Source of the DNA: a virus
Lineage: Duplodnaviria; Caudoviricetes
DNA length: 44,168 nt
Reading direction: 5' to 3' (one strand)
Virus record (IMG/VR): IMGVR_UViG_3300036779_000027
Span: 1-44,168 of that record
In this document: positions 9,701-19,405 of the stretch, piece by piece
Layout: every line of letters begins with the position of its first letter
Numbering within the stretch: position 1 is the first letter of the stretch
Notes under the pieces: generated by a model
Databases searched by the model: none
What the model was told of the DNA's origin: nothing
Seen by the model: only the letters and a program-made list of their open reading frames with translations
Made by a program: the position numbers and the translations under genes

Positions 9701-12105
9701 GGACCAGCAACACCTTGCGCGCCCGTTGCACCTGTAGCCCCAGGCGGTCCCGGCACAGTCGAATCTGCACCCGTCGCGCCGGTGGCCCCTGTCGCGCCCG
9801 CTGGGCCTGTAGCGCCCGCAGCACCGGTTAAACCGATCGGACCCTGCGGACCCGTCGCGCCGGTCGCACCGGCGGTTCCTGGAGTGCCCGCCGCGCCTGC
9901 CGGACCCGTAGCACCGGTGGCTCCAGGCGGTCCCGCTGGGCCTGTAGCACCGGTCGGACCCGGCGGTCCTGGCGTGCCGCTAGCGGCGTGCGCGTCGACA
10001 TACTGCTTGGTCGCGGCGTGTAACGCTAAGGTCGGATCGCTAGGTAGCGTCAGCGGGCCGATCAGGGTCGCGCCGGTCGGATCGACCACTAAACAGTTTT
10101 GCGTGACTATGTTGGAACCTTTTGCCGTGGCACCCCACTGCCACATAGTACCCTGCGCGGTGTCGGTCCAATTCTCGGTGGCACGCACAGTCAATTGCGC
10201 GCGACTGGAGGGACTATAGCCCGTAGCACCGTAACCGTAGAAACTAAACTGACCCAGAGGATCATTCAATTGTGTCGCACTGGGTGACGCGTAGGTACCG
10301 CGCGTGGTGCGCATCGTGAGGACTGGCTGAAACCCGGCTCCCGATGAATCGATCTGCAACCGTGCGGGCGTGCCGTCTAGCTGGCGCAGCCACAACATGG
10401 TACCGGTAAGCTGCGGCGGTAAGGGACCAGTATTAAAGTCCAGCATCACCCTGCCGGTGACAGTACCTCCGCTTAATGGCAGGTAAGGTGTCGCGACATC
10501 GAGTGTCGACGGTGTCGTAGTGGTATCGAGTGTCAGCCCTGGTCCGGTCTGGAAACTCACGCCCGCACCCGGCGGTCCCTGCGGCCCAGGCGGTCCAGGG
10601 ATACCCGGTGGTCCCGTGGGTCCGACCAGCGATGTAGCTACGCCCCAGACACCACCCGACTTCGGGCCATAAATAGACTCGGCCACGGTGTCAATATAGA
10701 AGTCACCGTTGACACCAGTGGTGCCAGGAGGTGGTCCGTGACCATTCAGGATCGTGTTACCATTGGCACCCGGTGGACCCTGCGGGCCTGCCGGTCCCGG
10801 TGGTCCCTGTGGTCCCGGCGGTCCAGGACTACCTTCACCGCCGCCGCCACCGATCGGAACTCCGTTGACAAAAAACCCCTGCGAAGCGTCGATCTTGCCA
10901 AACGCCTTGACATCCTTGCTAAACGACGCGAGCGGCGTAGTGTGTAGTAACTGACTCGCTGCCGTAATGGTGATCTGACCTTGCGCCAAAATCTTGATCA
11001 AGTTCTGCGCTGGGCCAGTTCCACCCACTATGTTGTTTACAAGACCGGAAGTCATTTTTAGCAGTGACGAGATATCGGTGCCGAGATTTGCGATGCCGTT
11101 ACCGATATTCGTGAGCGTACTAAGAGCGCCGATCGCCGAGTTGATACCCGAAGTGACACCAGTCATATTGAAGGCGTTACTAGCGGCGTTCCACGCCATC
11201 GAGGCGAGCGCAGACCCTCCCGCTGCGGCACTCAGTCCGGTGTTGATGACATTGGCGACATCATTAAGGCTCTGAACAGCGGAGAAGTTAAGTCCGGTGA
11301 CTTGATGGATGATGTTGTTAATTGGAACCTGAAATGACCCGTTGAGAATAGATTGCCAAGAGCCGATCGCTTGTTCCGCAGCGTTCAGCGCGCCACCAAT
11401 CAGTGAAGCGGGATTCGCGGCTCCCGCCGCCTGAACAATATGACTAACAGAGTCACTGACATTGTGTAGTTGACTCTGGACAACGCTGTTAAGTGCCTTG
11501 CCGAGAACACTGGTCGGGTTGTCGGGCGCGGTGAACGTGAACATCCCGCTGCTTGGACCCGTGGCGCGCCCTTCGGCGTCAAGCCCGTGACCACCCTGGT
11601 TCGGGTTGAAGGTGAGCTTGGTACGCCCGTCGTTGGTCCGCACCTCCCAGGAGGTGGTACTGACGTTGGGTATCTTGTTCGGTTGTGACCGAAAACCAGG
11701 GATCACAAAAGCATCGGACAAGTGGTGCATCCGCGCCGAAGCCTGCGGTCCCACACCGCCGTCCACAAACCAGTTTTCGGTGTCACGGCTGGAATAGATC
11801 GCCAGACCCTCGTCACCCTGCTTGACCGGAATGGTGATCGCCATCCCGCCGCCACCCAACAGTAACAGCGGCTGATCGTCCACTGCCGGGATACTTGTCC
11901 ACTTACCCTGACCGGTCCTGCCGTCGACCACATTAAGCTGGGTGGCTGGTTGTGACTCAACGGTGTTCTTTTCAGGTATGTGCTTATTGATGATGACAGG
12001 CAGCGCGGTCCACATGCGCGCTTGATGCGCGTCCTGTTGCTGGCGAACGGTTTCGTCAGGATCGAAAAACCGCTCTAAGGTGTCAAAGTAACCACCGCTC
12101 ATCAC
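6736..12105 (-). CDS. Baseplate spike (Gp138-like N-terminus) fused to a collagen-containing long fibre and a peptidase S74 chaperone
   Basis: N-terminal MWTALP...[24 protein letters not shown]...[13 protein letters not shown]; GXY collagen tracts; repeated YLPL(S/T)GGTVTG modules; C-terminal [10 protein letters not shown]...[10 protein letters not shown]. Confidence 0.85.
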   Translation of the reverse strand: MMSGGYFDTLERFFDPDETVRQQQDAHQARMWTALPVIINKHIPEKNTVESQPATQLNVVDGRTGQGKWTSIPAVDDQPLLLLGGGGMAITIPVKQGDEGLAIYSSRDTENWFVDGGVGPQASARMHHLSDAFVIPGFRSQPNKIPNVSTTSWEVRTNDGRTKLTFNPNQGGHGLDAEGRATGPSSGMFTFTAPDNPTSVLGKALNSVVQSQLHNVSDSVSHIVQAAGAANPASLIGGALNAAEQAIGSWQSILNGSFQVPINNIIHQVTGLNFSAVQSLNDVANVINTGLSAAAGGSALASMAWNAASNAFNMTGVTSGINSAIGALSTLTNIGNGIANLGTDISSLLKMTSGLVNNIVGGTGPAQNLIKILAQGQITITAASQLLHTTPLASFSKDVKAFGKIDASQGFFVNGVPIGGGGGEGSPGPPGPQGPPGPAGPQGPPGANGNTILNGHGPPPGTTGVNGDFYIDTVAESIYGPKSGGVWGVATSLVGPTGPPGIPGPPGPQGPPGAGVSFQTGPGLTLDTTTTPSTLDVATPYLPLSGGTVTGRVMLDFNTGPLPPQLTGTMLWLRQLDGTPARLQIDSSGAGFQPVLTMRTTRGTYASPSATQLNDPLGQFSFYGYGATGYSPSSRAQLTVRATENWTDTAQGTMWQWGATAKGSNIVTQNCLVVDPTGATLIGPLTLPSDPTLALHAATKQYVDAHAASGTPGPPGPTGATGPAGPPGATGATGPAGAAGTPGTAGATGATGPQGPIGLTGAAGATGPAGATGATGATGADSTVPGPPGATGATGAQGVAGPTGPAGPTGATGATGAASTVPGPTGPAGPTGATGTTGPTGPQGPNWQVGPGLALNTGTTPNTIDVVTPYLPLTGGTVTGLVTLSQNAASPPAIAQTMLWLVQADNSHPRVLLDASNTGIPTIYMRAVGGTIASPTATINNQILGSWEGRGYGTAYTGTRASIQLQAAELWSGTAQGARVIINVTAPTTAGNAALVATFASTGLTLTGNLAAVNGTFSGTLNVTGATTLAAVTVTSLTLSGNYLYLSGGTGTVNGVGGPFIYGDPNYIALHVGSGNDGILFQDKNGVNFANISSSGIYSSNGVGFANASASYVYVYEPGGNAALVLGNTGSGGDPTNYYRNTHHRFQTVGGAADVVLIQTTDSQSTVYANLTPTRWRMAITSGDDINAGTIDYRGFDTSSLSIVGAGTTSPNRNVRIYDNLIVVNNLSLSGSITSALNLTSAAPQITLANATSNWISWLASGIGAPTFTTRSVGTKLILYPNESASAVDYAIGIEGGAVWFSVPNATAGTFFWYGGVTRMMSLSNSVLILNATTTVPTATVLSGTALWLQGADGSGTRFLIDAWGSVQPLFTFRRANGTAAVPTATQANDVLGVFNAMGYGATGYSSGARAAFQFVASQAWTDTAQGTQIRLLTTPVNTAAAITSVTIDDTTISVPSVLATIAGGAGQIRMAPANSTSGIGAMFRLDTSNLYLLFTASGDAFGGFNSLRPLYFNVTTGDATFGGNLLVVSSFSVNGGSINLGTATARITAASGVIDFVLPTSGTSFRFWNGGAATQIAAIDSAGAFWSNGIECMYSNVPGASGYVTLLDHAGNGAIYLGDNGNNFYRNTIHNFQTIGGAVTQLIMGASYIIAYMNLYPTSDNTLNCGLNGTAWANVYAHAYPGASDRRQKSDIIDLPECLPYVMSLNPQRFKWNNGLEEKRDIVHWGFIAQDVESVIGGGKEFGGHQIDEETGNQSLDSRELTAILWKAVQELAAEVTSLKEQMHGRIQ
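9570..9975 (-). repeat. Collagen-like (Gly-X-Y)n coding repeat
   Basis: [22 protein letters not shown]... in the 1789-aa ORF; shorter tracts at about 10570-10625 and 10765-10830. Confidence 0.9.
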
Positions 12106-12434
12106 TACCTCAGTGTCTGAAAAAACACCTGACCGTCGATACCGAGATTGTCAAAGGTCGGTATCTCGTCCGGTGAGTGACCCACACCAACCGTCATCGT
12201 GATCAGCGGTAACCCGCCGCCGATACCCAGATAACGGAACTGGCCAAGCAAATCCACCCCGGTGACAAGCGAAATACCCCGACAGATCGGGTTGTCGTTC
12301 GCGTCACCGATATCCAAAATCCACGTCTGGTTCACAATGTTGTAATTGAAATGCAGAGTGTAATTAGTACCTCCCATATCCATAACCAGTTTCTGGTTAC
12401 GCGGTGACAGTGGAACTTGCCAGATGGTCGACAT
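12105..12434 (-). CDS. Small baseplate protein (DUF6983-like plug)
   Basis: W+LDI.D....[17 protein letters not shown]+GG ... PTFDNLG motif; conserved position before the spike gene. Confidence 0.75.
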   Translation of the reverse strand: MSTIWQVPLSPRNQKLVMDMGGTNYTLHFNYNIVNQTWILDIGDANDNPICRGISLVTGVDLLGQFRYLGIGGGLPLITMTVGVGHSPDEIPTFDNLGIDGQVFFQTLR

Positions 12435-12436
12435 TG

Positions 12437-13294
12437 TTACCGCCTACGTGGTGGTGGAATTATCACCTCAACACCCTGTTCCGCTCCTGTGTACGATTGC
12501 TGGACTTGCTGGATCGGCGGATTGTTGGGAACCTCCGCATAGTTACTGGTAAGCTGCAAATTAACCGCGTCCGCTTGCGGTGTCGTAAAACTCAACTGAC
12601 CACCAGTAAGCATGCCTGATCCTGGTTCCGAAGGTGCATACGATGGCGGTTGCGACGCCGCAGGCGGTTGCGAGAGAGTCTCGCCAGCAACCGGTGACGC
12701 GAGGGTAGCCTGACCGCCTGTTGAATAACCGGTCTGACCGGCCTGCTTATTACCGCCATTTGACTCCTGTCCGGTTTGTGCCGGGTTCGCTTGGTCATTT
12801 GGGTTGTTTGACAACCCGGTGTTTGTTGTCGTCGCGGTGGCGACAATAATCACTTGCCGACAAGTGATCTGTGCCATCAACGCGAACTCGGAGTGATTGT
12901 CGGTTGTCACTCCCAACCGCTCGATCAGCATGTTGGTGTACTTGCGCTTCCCGGTGTATACATCAAACGGTAACAGTGCCGATTGCCATGATAGTAACAA
13001 ACCATAGACACCGGTTTCGGCACTTAAGTCCCACGCATGCTGCCGGTCCCATCCTGCGCGTATTGTGACAGTTGCGGGACGCTTAAACGCATGATCCGCT
13101 ATAGGGGCACCTTGCTCGACCGGGTGCTCCGTGATCTGTATGTCATCATTGGCCTGTTCGTCAATTGTCACCTGGGCGACGATACCACCAATCGATCGCG
13201 CGTGCGGCATAAAGAACGCCGGTGACCAGTTCCCGTAGGGCTGCGCTAGAGCGCCGCCACCGGGTGTCAGAAGACTAGGAGGAACCGATGCCAT
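12437..13294 (-). CDS. Dit-like baseplate/tail-tube initiator protein
   Basis: ITEHPVEQGAPIADHAFKRPA...FDVYTGKRKYTNMLI motif. Confidence 0.8.
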   Translation of the reverse strand: MASVPPSLLTPGGGALAQPYGNWSPAFFMPHARSIGGIVAQVTIDEQANDDIQITEHPVEQGAPIADHAFKRPATVTIRAGWDRQHAWDLSAETGVYGLLLSWQSALLPFDVYTGKRKYTNMLIERLGVTTDNHSEFALMAQITCRQVIIVATATTTNTGLSNNPNDQANPAQTGQESNGGNKQAGQTGYSTGGQATLASPVAGETLSQPPAASQPPSYAPSEPGSGMLTGGQLSFTTPQADAVNLQLTSNYAEVPNNPPIQQVQQSYTGAEQGVEVIIPPPRRR

Positions 13295-13296
13295 CG

Positions 13297-14736
13297 TTAC
13301 CTCACCGGAGCATTGATCGCAGCCGTGGTCGCACGGCGGAATGCGTTGGACGGGTTTGCGTCACGCATCAGGTTACCGTTACTATCCAGCGCAACCATTA
13401 TCATTTCGTTGTACCAAGAGTTACCGCGAGTGTCACCGTTGATATTCATCAGGAGCACCTTGTACAGCCCGATCGGACTCGTCCAGGCGACTTCAAGCTG
13501 CTGCTTGAGCAAGGCTTGGGCAAGTTCACCAGTCAATAGACCACCGGTCGGGTTCCCGGCAACAATGTTCCCATTCTGGTCAATCTGGGCTGCGGTACCC
13601 GGTGTATATGCCACGCCAGACAGGACGCTGTTATCGATCTTCACCAAACCGCCTAAGACAATGCGCGGGTTCAACAGACACTTCGCCTGGATACCCTGCG
13701 GGGTCACTTCCGGCAGTCCGACAAGACCGGTCTTTGGTGACAATACTACCGCCTCACCGGTGCGGTACGCGCCCTTGGGTATAATCACCGGCAACCCATT
13801 ATCGATCCCATGCTGGGTTTCCCAGGCATTATCTAGTTCACGCTGGATATTTCTCACCTGACCAAAATCGAGCCGTGTCTTTCGGATATATTGATCATAG
13901 GCATCTTTCGGGAGCGGTGCCGGGTCTTTTAAATCCTGGTCATACTTTTTCTGTGCCGCTTGCAAATCTTGCACAAGTTTCGCAACCTTTGTTCCCGGAT
14001 GAGTCACCCCGTAAAACATCGCTTCGTTGACCGCGCCGTCACCGTCACCGGCGTGTATCTCAAGATAAGTGTCAACCGGGTTCTCTTTGCCGCGCCGGTA
14101 CTGCACCACTCGACCATCAAAGATCATCCCATAGTTGGCATAGCGGTAACCAGCGTGGACTTGCACGCGGGTAAACTCTAGTACCTTCGCCAGCGTGGTC
14201 GGTGACAAATTGTACACACGCGCGAAGAATACATTCGGTGACTGATTTGTCGTCTTGTTAACATTGAACCGACACCGCAGGTTCGACAGGTCGATTCCAC
14301 GATCCTGTTGCGCCGGTTGCTGCGTCGTTGCCGGTGCCGTAATGTCGAGCGGGTCTAGGGTGGTCGAGGGTGTGTCACGCGCCCGCAGTAGGACAGGAGT
14401 TCCTGGCGAAGAGGTGGCTCCGGACTGGGTCGATTGGTTACCGGTGTTCGCGGAGTTCGCGCCCGCCTTGTACACAATCAGACTAAACACCCGCATCCAC
14501 TGTGCGTCGTTGTTTATTGATTCCGGGTCAAGTTGTCCCGACCCCGCACCCTGTGACGGCTGCATCTGGAACGCGAGCTTGCGCCAGGACTCGGTCAGTG
14601 CCGAATCCTTGGTTAGGTCCGATGCCGCGAAGTTGTTGGTCTGAGTAGCAGTGCTGGCGAAACGGTCCTTATCTAAGGTACCGTAAGGAAAGTCACCGCC
14701 GCCGCCGACAGTTACATCACCGGGACCACCGCTCAT
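13297..14736 (-). CDS. Baseplate hub protein (gp27/GpD-like)
   Basis: DLSNLRCRF.V.K...PN....VYNL, +HAGY...YGMIFDG, LSPKTGLVGLPE.T..GI.AKCLLNP, GDTRGNSWY motifs. Confidence 0.8.
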   Translation of the reverse strand: MSGGPGDVTVGGGGDFPYGTLDKDRFASTATQTNNFAASDLTKDSALTESWRKLAFQMQPSQGAGSGQLDPESINNDAQWMRVFSLIVYKAGANSANTGNQSTQSGATSSPGTPVLLRARDTPSTTLDPLDITAPATTQQPAQQDRGIDLSNLRCRFNVNKTTNQSPNVFFARVYNLSPTTLAKVLEFTRVQVHAGYRYANYGMIFDGRVVQYRRGKENPVDTYLEIHAGDGDGAVNEAMFYGVTHPGTKVAKLVQDLQAAQKKYDQDLKDPAPLPKDAYDQYIRKTRLDFGQVRNIQRELDNAWETQHGIDNGLPVIIPKGAYRTGEAVVLSPKTGLVGLPEVTPQGIQAKCLLNPRIVLGGLVKIDNSVLSGVAYTPGTAAQIDQNGNIVAGNPTGGLLTGELAQALLKQQLEVAWTSPIGLYKVLLMNINGDTRGNSWYNEMIMVALDSNGNLMRDANPSNAFRRATTAAINAPVR

Positions 14737-17423
14737 GAGTACATCGTCCTTGAGTTACGTTTCTGGTAGGAGTCGTGTTTGTTGTTCATCACATTTCCAG
14801 GGATCGCTTCGTGATAATTAGTGACACCGTTGACAACCGTTGTGTTGGTACTGTTATCGACATGCGGCGTCGCCTGCGGGTACATGCCTGAACGGAACTG
14901 TGTCTGGTTCTGCTGATCCTGCCGAACGGTTTCCTGCATATTCTGTCTCTGTGTTTGAAAAAGCCGCAGTGCCTCATTGTATTCCGCCTTCGAGTCACCG
15001 ATGTGGCCACGTATCCCTTTAAACAACCAGTCAAAGTGCATCGTGTCGGCTTCACCGCCGCCACCGATCGCGGTACCAAAGTGACCGCCCCAACCTAGCT
15101 TCTTGGCCATTTCGGTGCCGTACTTCTGCATGACATAGAGGTACGCCTGAACCGCGACTTGGCGATACATCGCAGAGGTCGCCAGACCACGATTACGAAT
15201 CGCTTGGTGAGCGGCATCAAAAATCTGGAAATCACCGGCATGACCACCAAAATGAGCAGACCTTGTGTCACCGCTCCGCTCACCCGATGTCTGTTCCGCA
15301 GTCCACCCTGCCGGTAAGCCCGCCGCAAAGGCATGCTGCATGATCTCGATAAGCGCGGGATCGGTGCCCTTGCCAGCCTTTAGCAACTGACCACCACCGG
15401 TCGCGATACCGGGCGGTAGCGGCATGTCACCACCAGCACCAGCGGCGTGTCGCGCGCGAAACGCCGGGAACTTTGCCAAGTCGCCCGGCACACCGGCACC
15501 TGGGGTGAAGAAGGTTTCACCACCGGCACTATAGGCGAACCTGTACTTACCCGACCGCATGTCATCGAGTGCCAATTGTGCCGAAGCATTGTCGGTGGCA
15601 TAGTTACTGATGTTCGACCCAGCGAGTACCTTCGCCAGATTCTCGTCCATCATCTTCTTGTTCGCGGCATAAGCTGCCGGGTTCCAACCCTTATAATAAC
15701 CGCCTCTTTCAATACCGTACCGCTTCACCTGTTCAGACAAACTGGTACCGCGTAACTCCGCGCGGTTCATCATTGTCTCAAGTACGGCTTGGTGACCCTG
15801 CGGGTTCTGTTGCTCACCCGCCGCAATCGCCATCATCTTTTGTTGCAGGTCCGGATTGTTTTTGAGTTCCTCCGCGAACTTGGCGCGACTCTCACTAAAG
15901 GTCTGGTTAGGTGGACCGGTGTCTGGCGCGCCCTGATCGGGTGTACCGCCGCCGCCGCCACCTCCTCCACCTCCTCCACCACCTCCTCCACCGCCGCCAG
16001 TGCCTTCACCAAACCATCCAGGCTTGCCGCCATCTATAAACACCCGAAGAAGTGCCTCTTCAAATGTGTCAGTCAGCTTAGTAAACATGTCATCGGCAAA
16101 GCTCACTACAGGCTCAAACCCGGAGACACCCTCTATCCATTGACCGAGTTCGTCTATCGCGTCACCAAAACCACCGCCTTCACCAAAGAATGACTGGAGT
16201 CCCTGACTGATAGGCTGCGGCAGTACCATCTCGCCGCCGTGGGCGTTGATGGGAACAATACCGCCGTGCTGGTAGGTACCCGGCTTCTTCCCCGGTGTCA
16301 GTTGGGGTTCCCCTGGTTCCCCTGGTGCCCCAGGTGTAGGAGGCGCTAAGCCCAACCACTGTAACCCACGGTGAATGAGTTCAGTTGGATTGAGTAACCC
16401 CGCGCCGATCTCACCGGTAATGTGAACGGTAGGTTTGACTATGTCCTTGATCTTATCCCAGACATTGGCACCGACAAGTCCCTCGATGATGCCCTCTACA
16501 ATACCTTCAGCGATCTGTTTGCCGATAGACACACCGGCTGCGAACCACTCCGAAAAGTGTTCAACGAAAAACTTGACCGCCTTACCGATCGCCTCACCAA
16601 CCTGCTGACCAACAGCTTCCCAATCATGTGTCTGGAACTTCCGATCAAGTTCATCCATCCACTCTTCAAATTTCGGTAACTGTTCCAGTAACCAATCATC
16701 AATCTCCTTAAAGATACTAGTCAAAAACTCCATCATACCAGCCATCGACGTTTTGTAGTAACGCTCGACGGTGTTACCAAGAAAATCGAATTGGCGTGTC
16801 AGACGAACCGCGTTCTTTTCCGCCAAATCCCAGCGGTACCCAGCCGCATCGATTAGCTTATTAGAATGCTCTATTGCCGCATTGTGACCTTCCCAGTCCT
16901 TATCCGCCAGAATCAGTGGCTTCATATCGATACCGAGTACCTGTTCTAGCTCGATACGATAAGCCTGGACTTGGTTACTTCCTTCACCAAACTGCTGCAC
17001 CAACCGGTGGTACTTTTGAGTGATCCCCTCCATAAAATCAGCGGTATTGGCAAACTGCCGCCCCAATGTCCCTTGGGCGTAACCACGCATCCACGGCTGT
17101 TGTAACAAGAACTGACCAAAGCGTTCCTGTGACGCGATCGCCTGCTCGTAACTACCACCAACGGCTTGCACCGCGCTGGCGTACTGTTTCATTGCTTGGG
17201 AACTGGCACCCGCCAACTCAGCCGAGTAGTGCAGCCGCGCCATCTGCGCAGCGGTGCGGCGTACAGCTTCCTCGACCGCAATCGCCATCGCCGCGATGGC
17301 ACCGGCGAACTCGGTGACCATCTTGGCTGCGCCACCGACCGCAGACAAGAAGGTCTTCTGACTCGCCTGATCGATTTGGTAACCGAGCTTGATCAGGAAT
17401 GATTCGAGTACCGTATCGGCCAT
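14733..17423 (-). CDS. Tape measure protein with C-terminal putative peptidoglycan-hydrolase domains
   Basis: ESFLIKLGYQID N-terminus, long helical body, poly-Gly linker, AVLETMMNRA domain and SGER...H..GHAGD...GWGGHF...MHFD (M15-peptidase-like). Follows the tail chaperone genes. Confidence 0.8.
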   Translation of the reverse strand: MADTVLESFLIKLGYQIDQASQKTFLSAVGGAAKMVTEFAGAIAAMAIAVEEAVRRTAAQMARLHYSAELAGASSQAMKQYASAVQAVGGSYEQAIASQERFGQFLLQQPWMRGYAQGTLGRQFANTADFMEGITQKYHRLVQQFGEGSNQVQAYRIELEQVLGIDMKPLILADKDWEGHNAAIEHSNKLIDAAGYRWDLAEKNAVRLTRQFDFLGNTVERYYKTSMAGMMEFLTSIFKEIDDWLLEQLPKFEEWMDELDRKFQTHDWEAVGQQVGEAIGKAVKFFVEHFSEWFAAGVSIGKQIAEGIVEGIIEGLVGANVWDKIKDIVKPTVHITGEIGAGLLNPTELIHRGLQWLGLAPPTPGAPGEPGEPQLTPGKKPGTYQHGGIVPINAHGGEMVLPQPISQGLQSFFGEGGGFGDAIDELGQWIEGVSGFEPVVSFADDMFTKLTDTFEEALLRVFIDGGKPGWFGEGTGGGGGGGGGGGGGGGGGGTPDQGAPDTGPPNQTFSESRAKFAEELKNNPDLQQKMMAIAAGEQQNPQGHQAVLETMMNRAELRGTSLSEQVKRYGIERGGYYKGWNPAAYAANKKMMDENLAKVLAGSNISNYATDNASAQLALDDMRSGKYRFAYSAGGETFFTPGAGVPGDLAKFPAFRARHAAGAGGDMPLPPGIATGGGQLLKAGKGTDPALIEIMQHAFAAGLPAGWTAEQTSGERSGDTRSAHFGGHAGDFQIFDAAHQAIRNRGLATSAMYRQVAVQAYLYVMQKYGTEMAKKLGWGGHFGTAIGGGGEADTMHFDWLFKGIRGHIGDSKAEYNEALRLFQTQRQNMQETVRQDQQNQTQFRSGMYPQATPHVDNSTNTTVVNGVTNYHEAIPGNVMNNKHDSYQKRNSRTMYS

Positions 17424-17424
17424 G

Positions 17425-17604
17425 TCACCGGTTCCGTTCCGCTTCTACCGCGTCCTGGACACGCGCGCGTAACTCGGCGCGCACGTCCAGTGCCTCATTC
17501 ATCCGTGACACATCGGCTAAGTCTAATACGCCGTTTACCAACGATTCGTAGAGACACATCCCTTCGAGTACCGGGCGCATGATCCAGTACTCTTCATCCG
17601 TCAT
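17425..17604 (-). CDS. Tail assembly chaperone, second (gpT-like) ORF, DUF6889-like
   Basis: Not in the ORF track (59 aa). Manual translation: MTDEEYWIMRPVLEGMCLYESLVNGVLDLADVSRMNEALDVRAELRARVQDAVEAERNR; in the -1 frame of the upstream chaperone. Confidence 0.8.
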   Translation of the reverse strand: MTDEEYWIMRPVLEGMCLYESLVNGVLDLADVSRMNEALDVRAELRARVQDAVEAERNR

Positions 17605-18062
17605 ATCGACGGATTCGATGGCTGGGCCACCTCTGCTCCCGAACCGTTGAGGGAGCGGCCTGGAAAAAAAGGTGCAAGGTTTTCCTGGATCACCGCAAAC
17701 GACAGTGACAGCATAACCTCCAGGTCGATGTCTTCGAACATCAAGTCACCCTGCGGCGTGGTCAGCCGTACCCATTGGCCTGTCGGGTTTTTTCGCTGAC
17801 ACACGGCGAGACACGTTTTGATGATAAACTCGCTGTCGGTTTGTGTCATATCAGCGATAGCCTGGGCGACCGGCCCAAACGACGCCCAACCGACAACACC
17901 ATCTGAGGCACCCACCGCGCCTGCGGCACGCGCAACACGTACCGCCGCAGTCTCACCCATCCCGCTAAACAGCGGCATCAGCTTGCGGAACAGGTGAAAC
18001 TGCTTGAACGCATCGAGTTTCCCCGTGCGGTACCATGTATCTTTCAGTTCCAGTTCTTCCAT
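17601..18062 (-). CDS. Tail assembly chaperone (gpG-like)
   Basis: YRTGKLDAFKQFH..RKL.P ... LMFEDIDL..ML.L...VIQENLAPFF; lies between tube and tape measure. Confidence 0.8.
   Translation of the reverse strand: MEELELKDTWYRTGKLDAFKQFHLFRKLMPLFSGMGETAAVRVARAAGAVGASDGVVGWASFGPVAQAIADMTQTDSEFIIKTCLAVCQRKNPTGQWVRLTTPQGDLMFEDIDLEVMLSLSFAVIQENLAPFFPGRSLNGSGAEVAQPSNPSI
17664..17670 (-). promoter_or_regulatory. Programmed -1 frameshift slippery heptamer (T TTT TTT)
   Basis: CCT TTT TTT CCA in the chaperone frame; the -1 frame is open from here into ATG 17604 of the next ORF. Confidence 0.75.
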
Positions 18063-18094
18063 TTTGTCACCCTCCCTGTGTGACTAATGGTGTC

Positions 18095-18568
18095 TTAGAA
18101 CGCGACCGCCAGCCCGGAACCCAGGATGAAGTCAACGACACCGGCGTGGAACGTCCACACCATTTCGCCGCCCTCTTTGGCAAATGTCACATCCGGGAAC
18201 TTCGCGAACGCGCACTGTTGACACGTAATGACATCGTTCCGTTGCAAGTCACGGATCGATATCTGGTTCTGTCCGTGGTTGGCAGTGCCTTGTGGGTTAC
18301 CGACAGTGCCTGTGTCCATCGCGTACATCTGCGACAGTAACGAATTGGTCGGGCTGGTCTTCAACAGCCGAACGGTGACTGTCGCGCCCTTGCCGGAATG
18401 CAGCGAATGCATGACACAACCATCGGCCCCGATCGTCATGGTCGACTTATCCTCAACCATATTGACCGAGATACCGCCTTCCGAGTTACACGATCCGTAA
18501 CCCAGGCTGAAGGCACCATTGGGTCCGGAGATCGCGCACATATTATCGTTGAAACTGTAGGTGGCCAA
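18095..18568 (-). CDS. Tail tube protein (DUF3277-like)
   Basis: ATYSF.D..CAI.GP.G...LG.G..NSE.GI...M.EDK.TMTIGADG..MHSLH motif; GGAGGG RBS, TTG start. Confidence 0.85.
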   Translation of the reverse strand: MATYSFNDNMCAISGPNGAFSLGYGSCNSEGGISVNMVEDKSTMTIGADGCVMHSLHSGKGATVTVRLLKTSPTNSLLSQMYAMDTGTVGNPQGTANHGQNQISIRDLQRNDVITCQQCAFAKFPDVTFAKEGGEMVWTFHAGVVDFILGSGLAVAF

Positions 18569-18577
18569 TTTTCCCTC

Positions 18578-19180
18578 CTATTCAACTAGATAGACACGAT
18601 ACCGATGCGCGCCCTTCCTATAGTTCTCTAGAGCAAACATCGGCTGGAGATTGGTGTAGTGACACGCCTGCTTGAATTGCACCGGATCGGTGAGATCGAA
18701 AGCGGCGAGCGGTTCCTTGTGATCAACATGCCAGACTGGGCCGTAGTTCTCCCAGGTCATGCCGGACACAAACTGCCCCTCAAGCCACGCTTTCAATTCA
18801 GTTACTGAACAGCCAAGATCGCGAACCGCCGAGCCTCTGCGAATCGCGTGACTCACACGACGACGCAGATTGACACTTAGCTTGAAGACAAAATCCGTCG
18901 CCAGCTTGTCCTTCCGCCAACACCGCAGCCGTGTATTGACCTTGGCGAGGTTGTTCTTGCGATAGGTAACAGAACGCGCAACTTCGGTTTCGGGGTCTTT
19001 GTGATAGTTTTCTCGCCGCCGTTGTCTTGCCGCCGGACGAAGTGTCTCGGCGTTCCTCCGGTAATAGTCACGGGAGAGCGCGTTGAGCTTGTCGCGGTCA
19101 CGCGCGTCGTTCAACGCCTTGACCCGGTCAGGATTGCGGGAACGCCAACGACGTGACGCCTCCGCATTTCCTGTCGCCAT
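18578..19180 (-). CDS. HNH-type endonuclease
   Basis: Basic N-terminus; LGCS..ELK.WLE.QF..GMTWENYG..WHVDH..PL..FDL......ACHYTNLQP...EN..KG. Confidence 0.85.
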   Translation of the reverse strand: MATGNAEASRRWRSRNPDRVKALNDARDRDKLNALSRDYYRRNAETLRPAARQRRRENYHKDPETEVARSVTYRKNNLAKVNTRLRCWRKDKLATDFVFKLSVNLRRRVSHAIRRGSAVRDLGCSVTELKAWLEGQFVSGMTWENYGPVWHVDHKEPLAAFDLTDPVQFKQACHYTNLQPMFALENYRKGAHRYRVYLVE

Positions 19181-19194
19181 CTGTCACCTCCTCT

Positions 19195-19398
19195 TCACGG
19201 CGTATCGTGTAACGCGACTGCCAAACAACGCTCAAACAATTCGCGCGCCATGTCATCGCGTCGCTCTAACTGGTCCTTCATCAGCCATGTCACAAAACCC
19301 AAAAACAGCAAGTTCATCACTAGTAACAACAAGAAGGCGGGCGGTAATGCGCTGATTAGTGACTGCCCCATTCGGGTGACTGGCCCGCCTTCAGTCAT
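19195..19398 (-). CDS. Small single-TM membrane protein (possible holin/antiholin)
   Basis: Hydrophobic LPPAFLLLLVMNLLFLGFVTWL followed by a charged tail. Confidence 0.5.
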   Translation of the reverse strand: MTEGGPVTRMGQSLISALPPAFLLLLVMNLLFLGFVTWLMKDQLERRDDMARELFERCLAVALHDTP

Positions 19399-19405
19399 TG
19401 AGTTA

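Noticed and set aside
15569-15577. Self-target of array spacer GTGCCAATT in the tape measure gene
   Set aside because: Only the 9-mer matches; the flanks do not match the partner spacer, so it is plausibly chance.
15947-15998. Non-coding microsatellite
   Set aside because: It encodes the poly-Gly linker of the tape measure protein.
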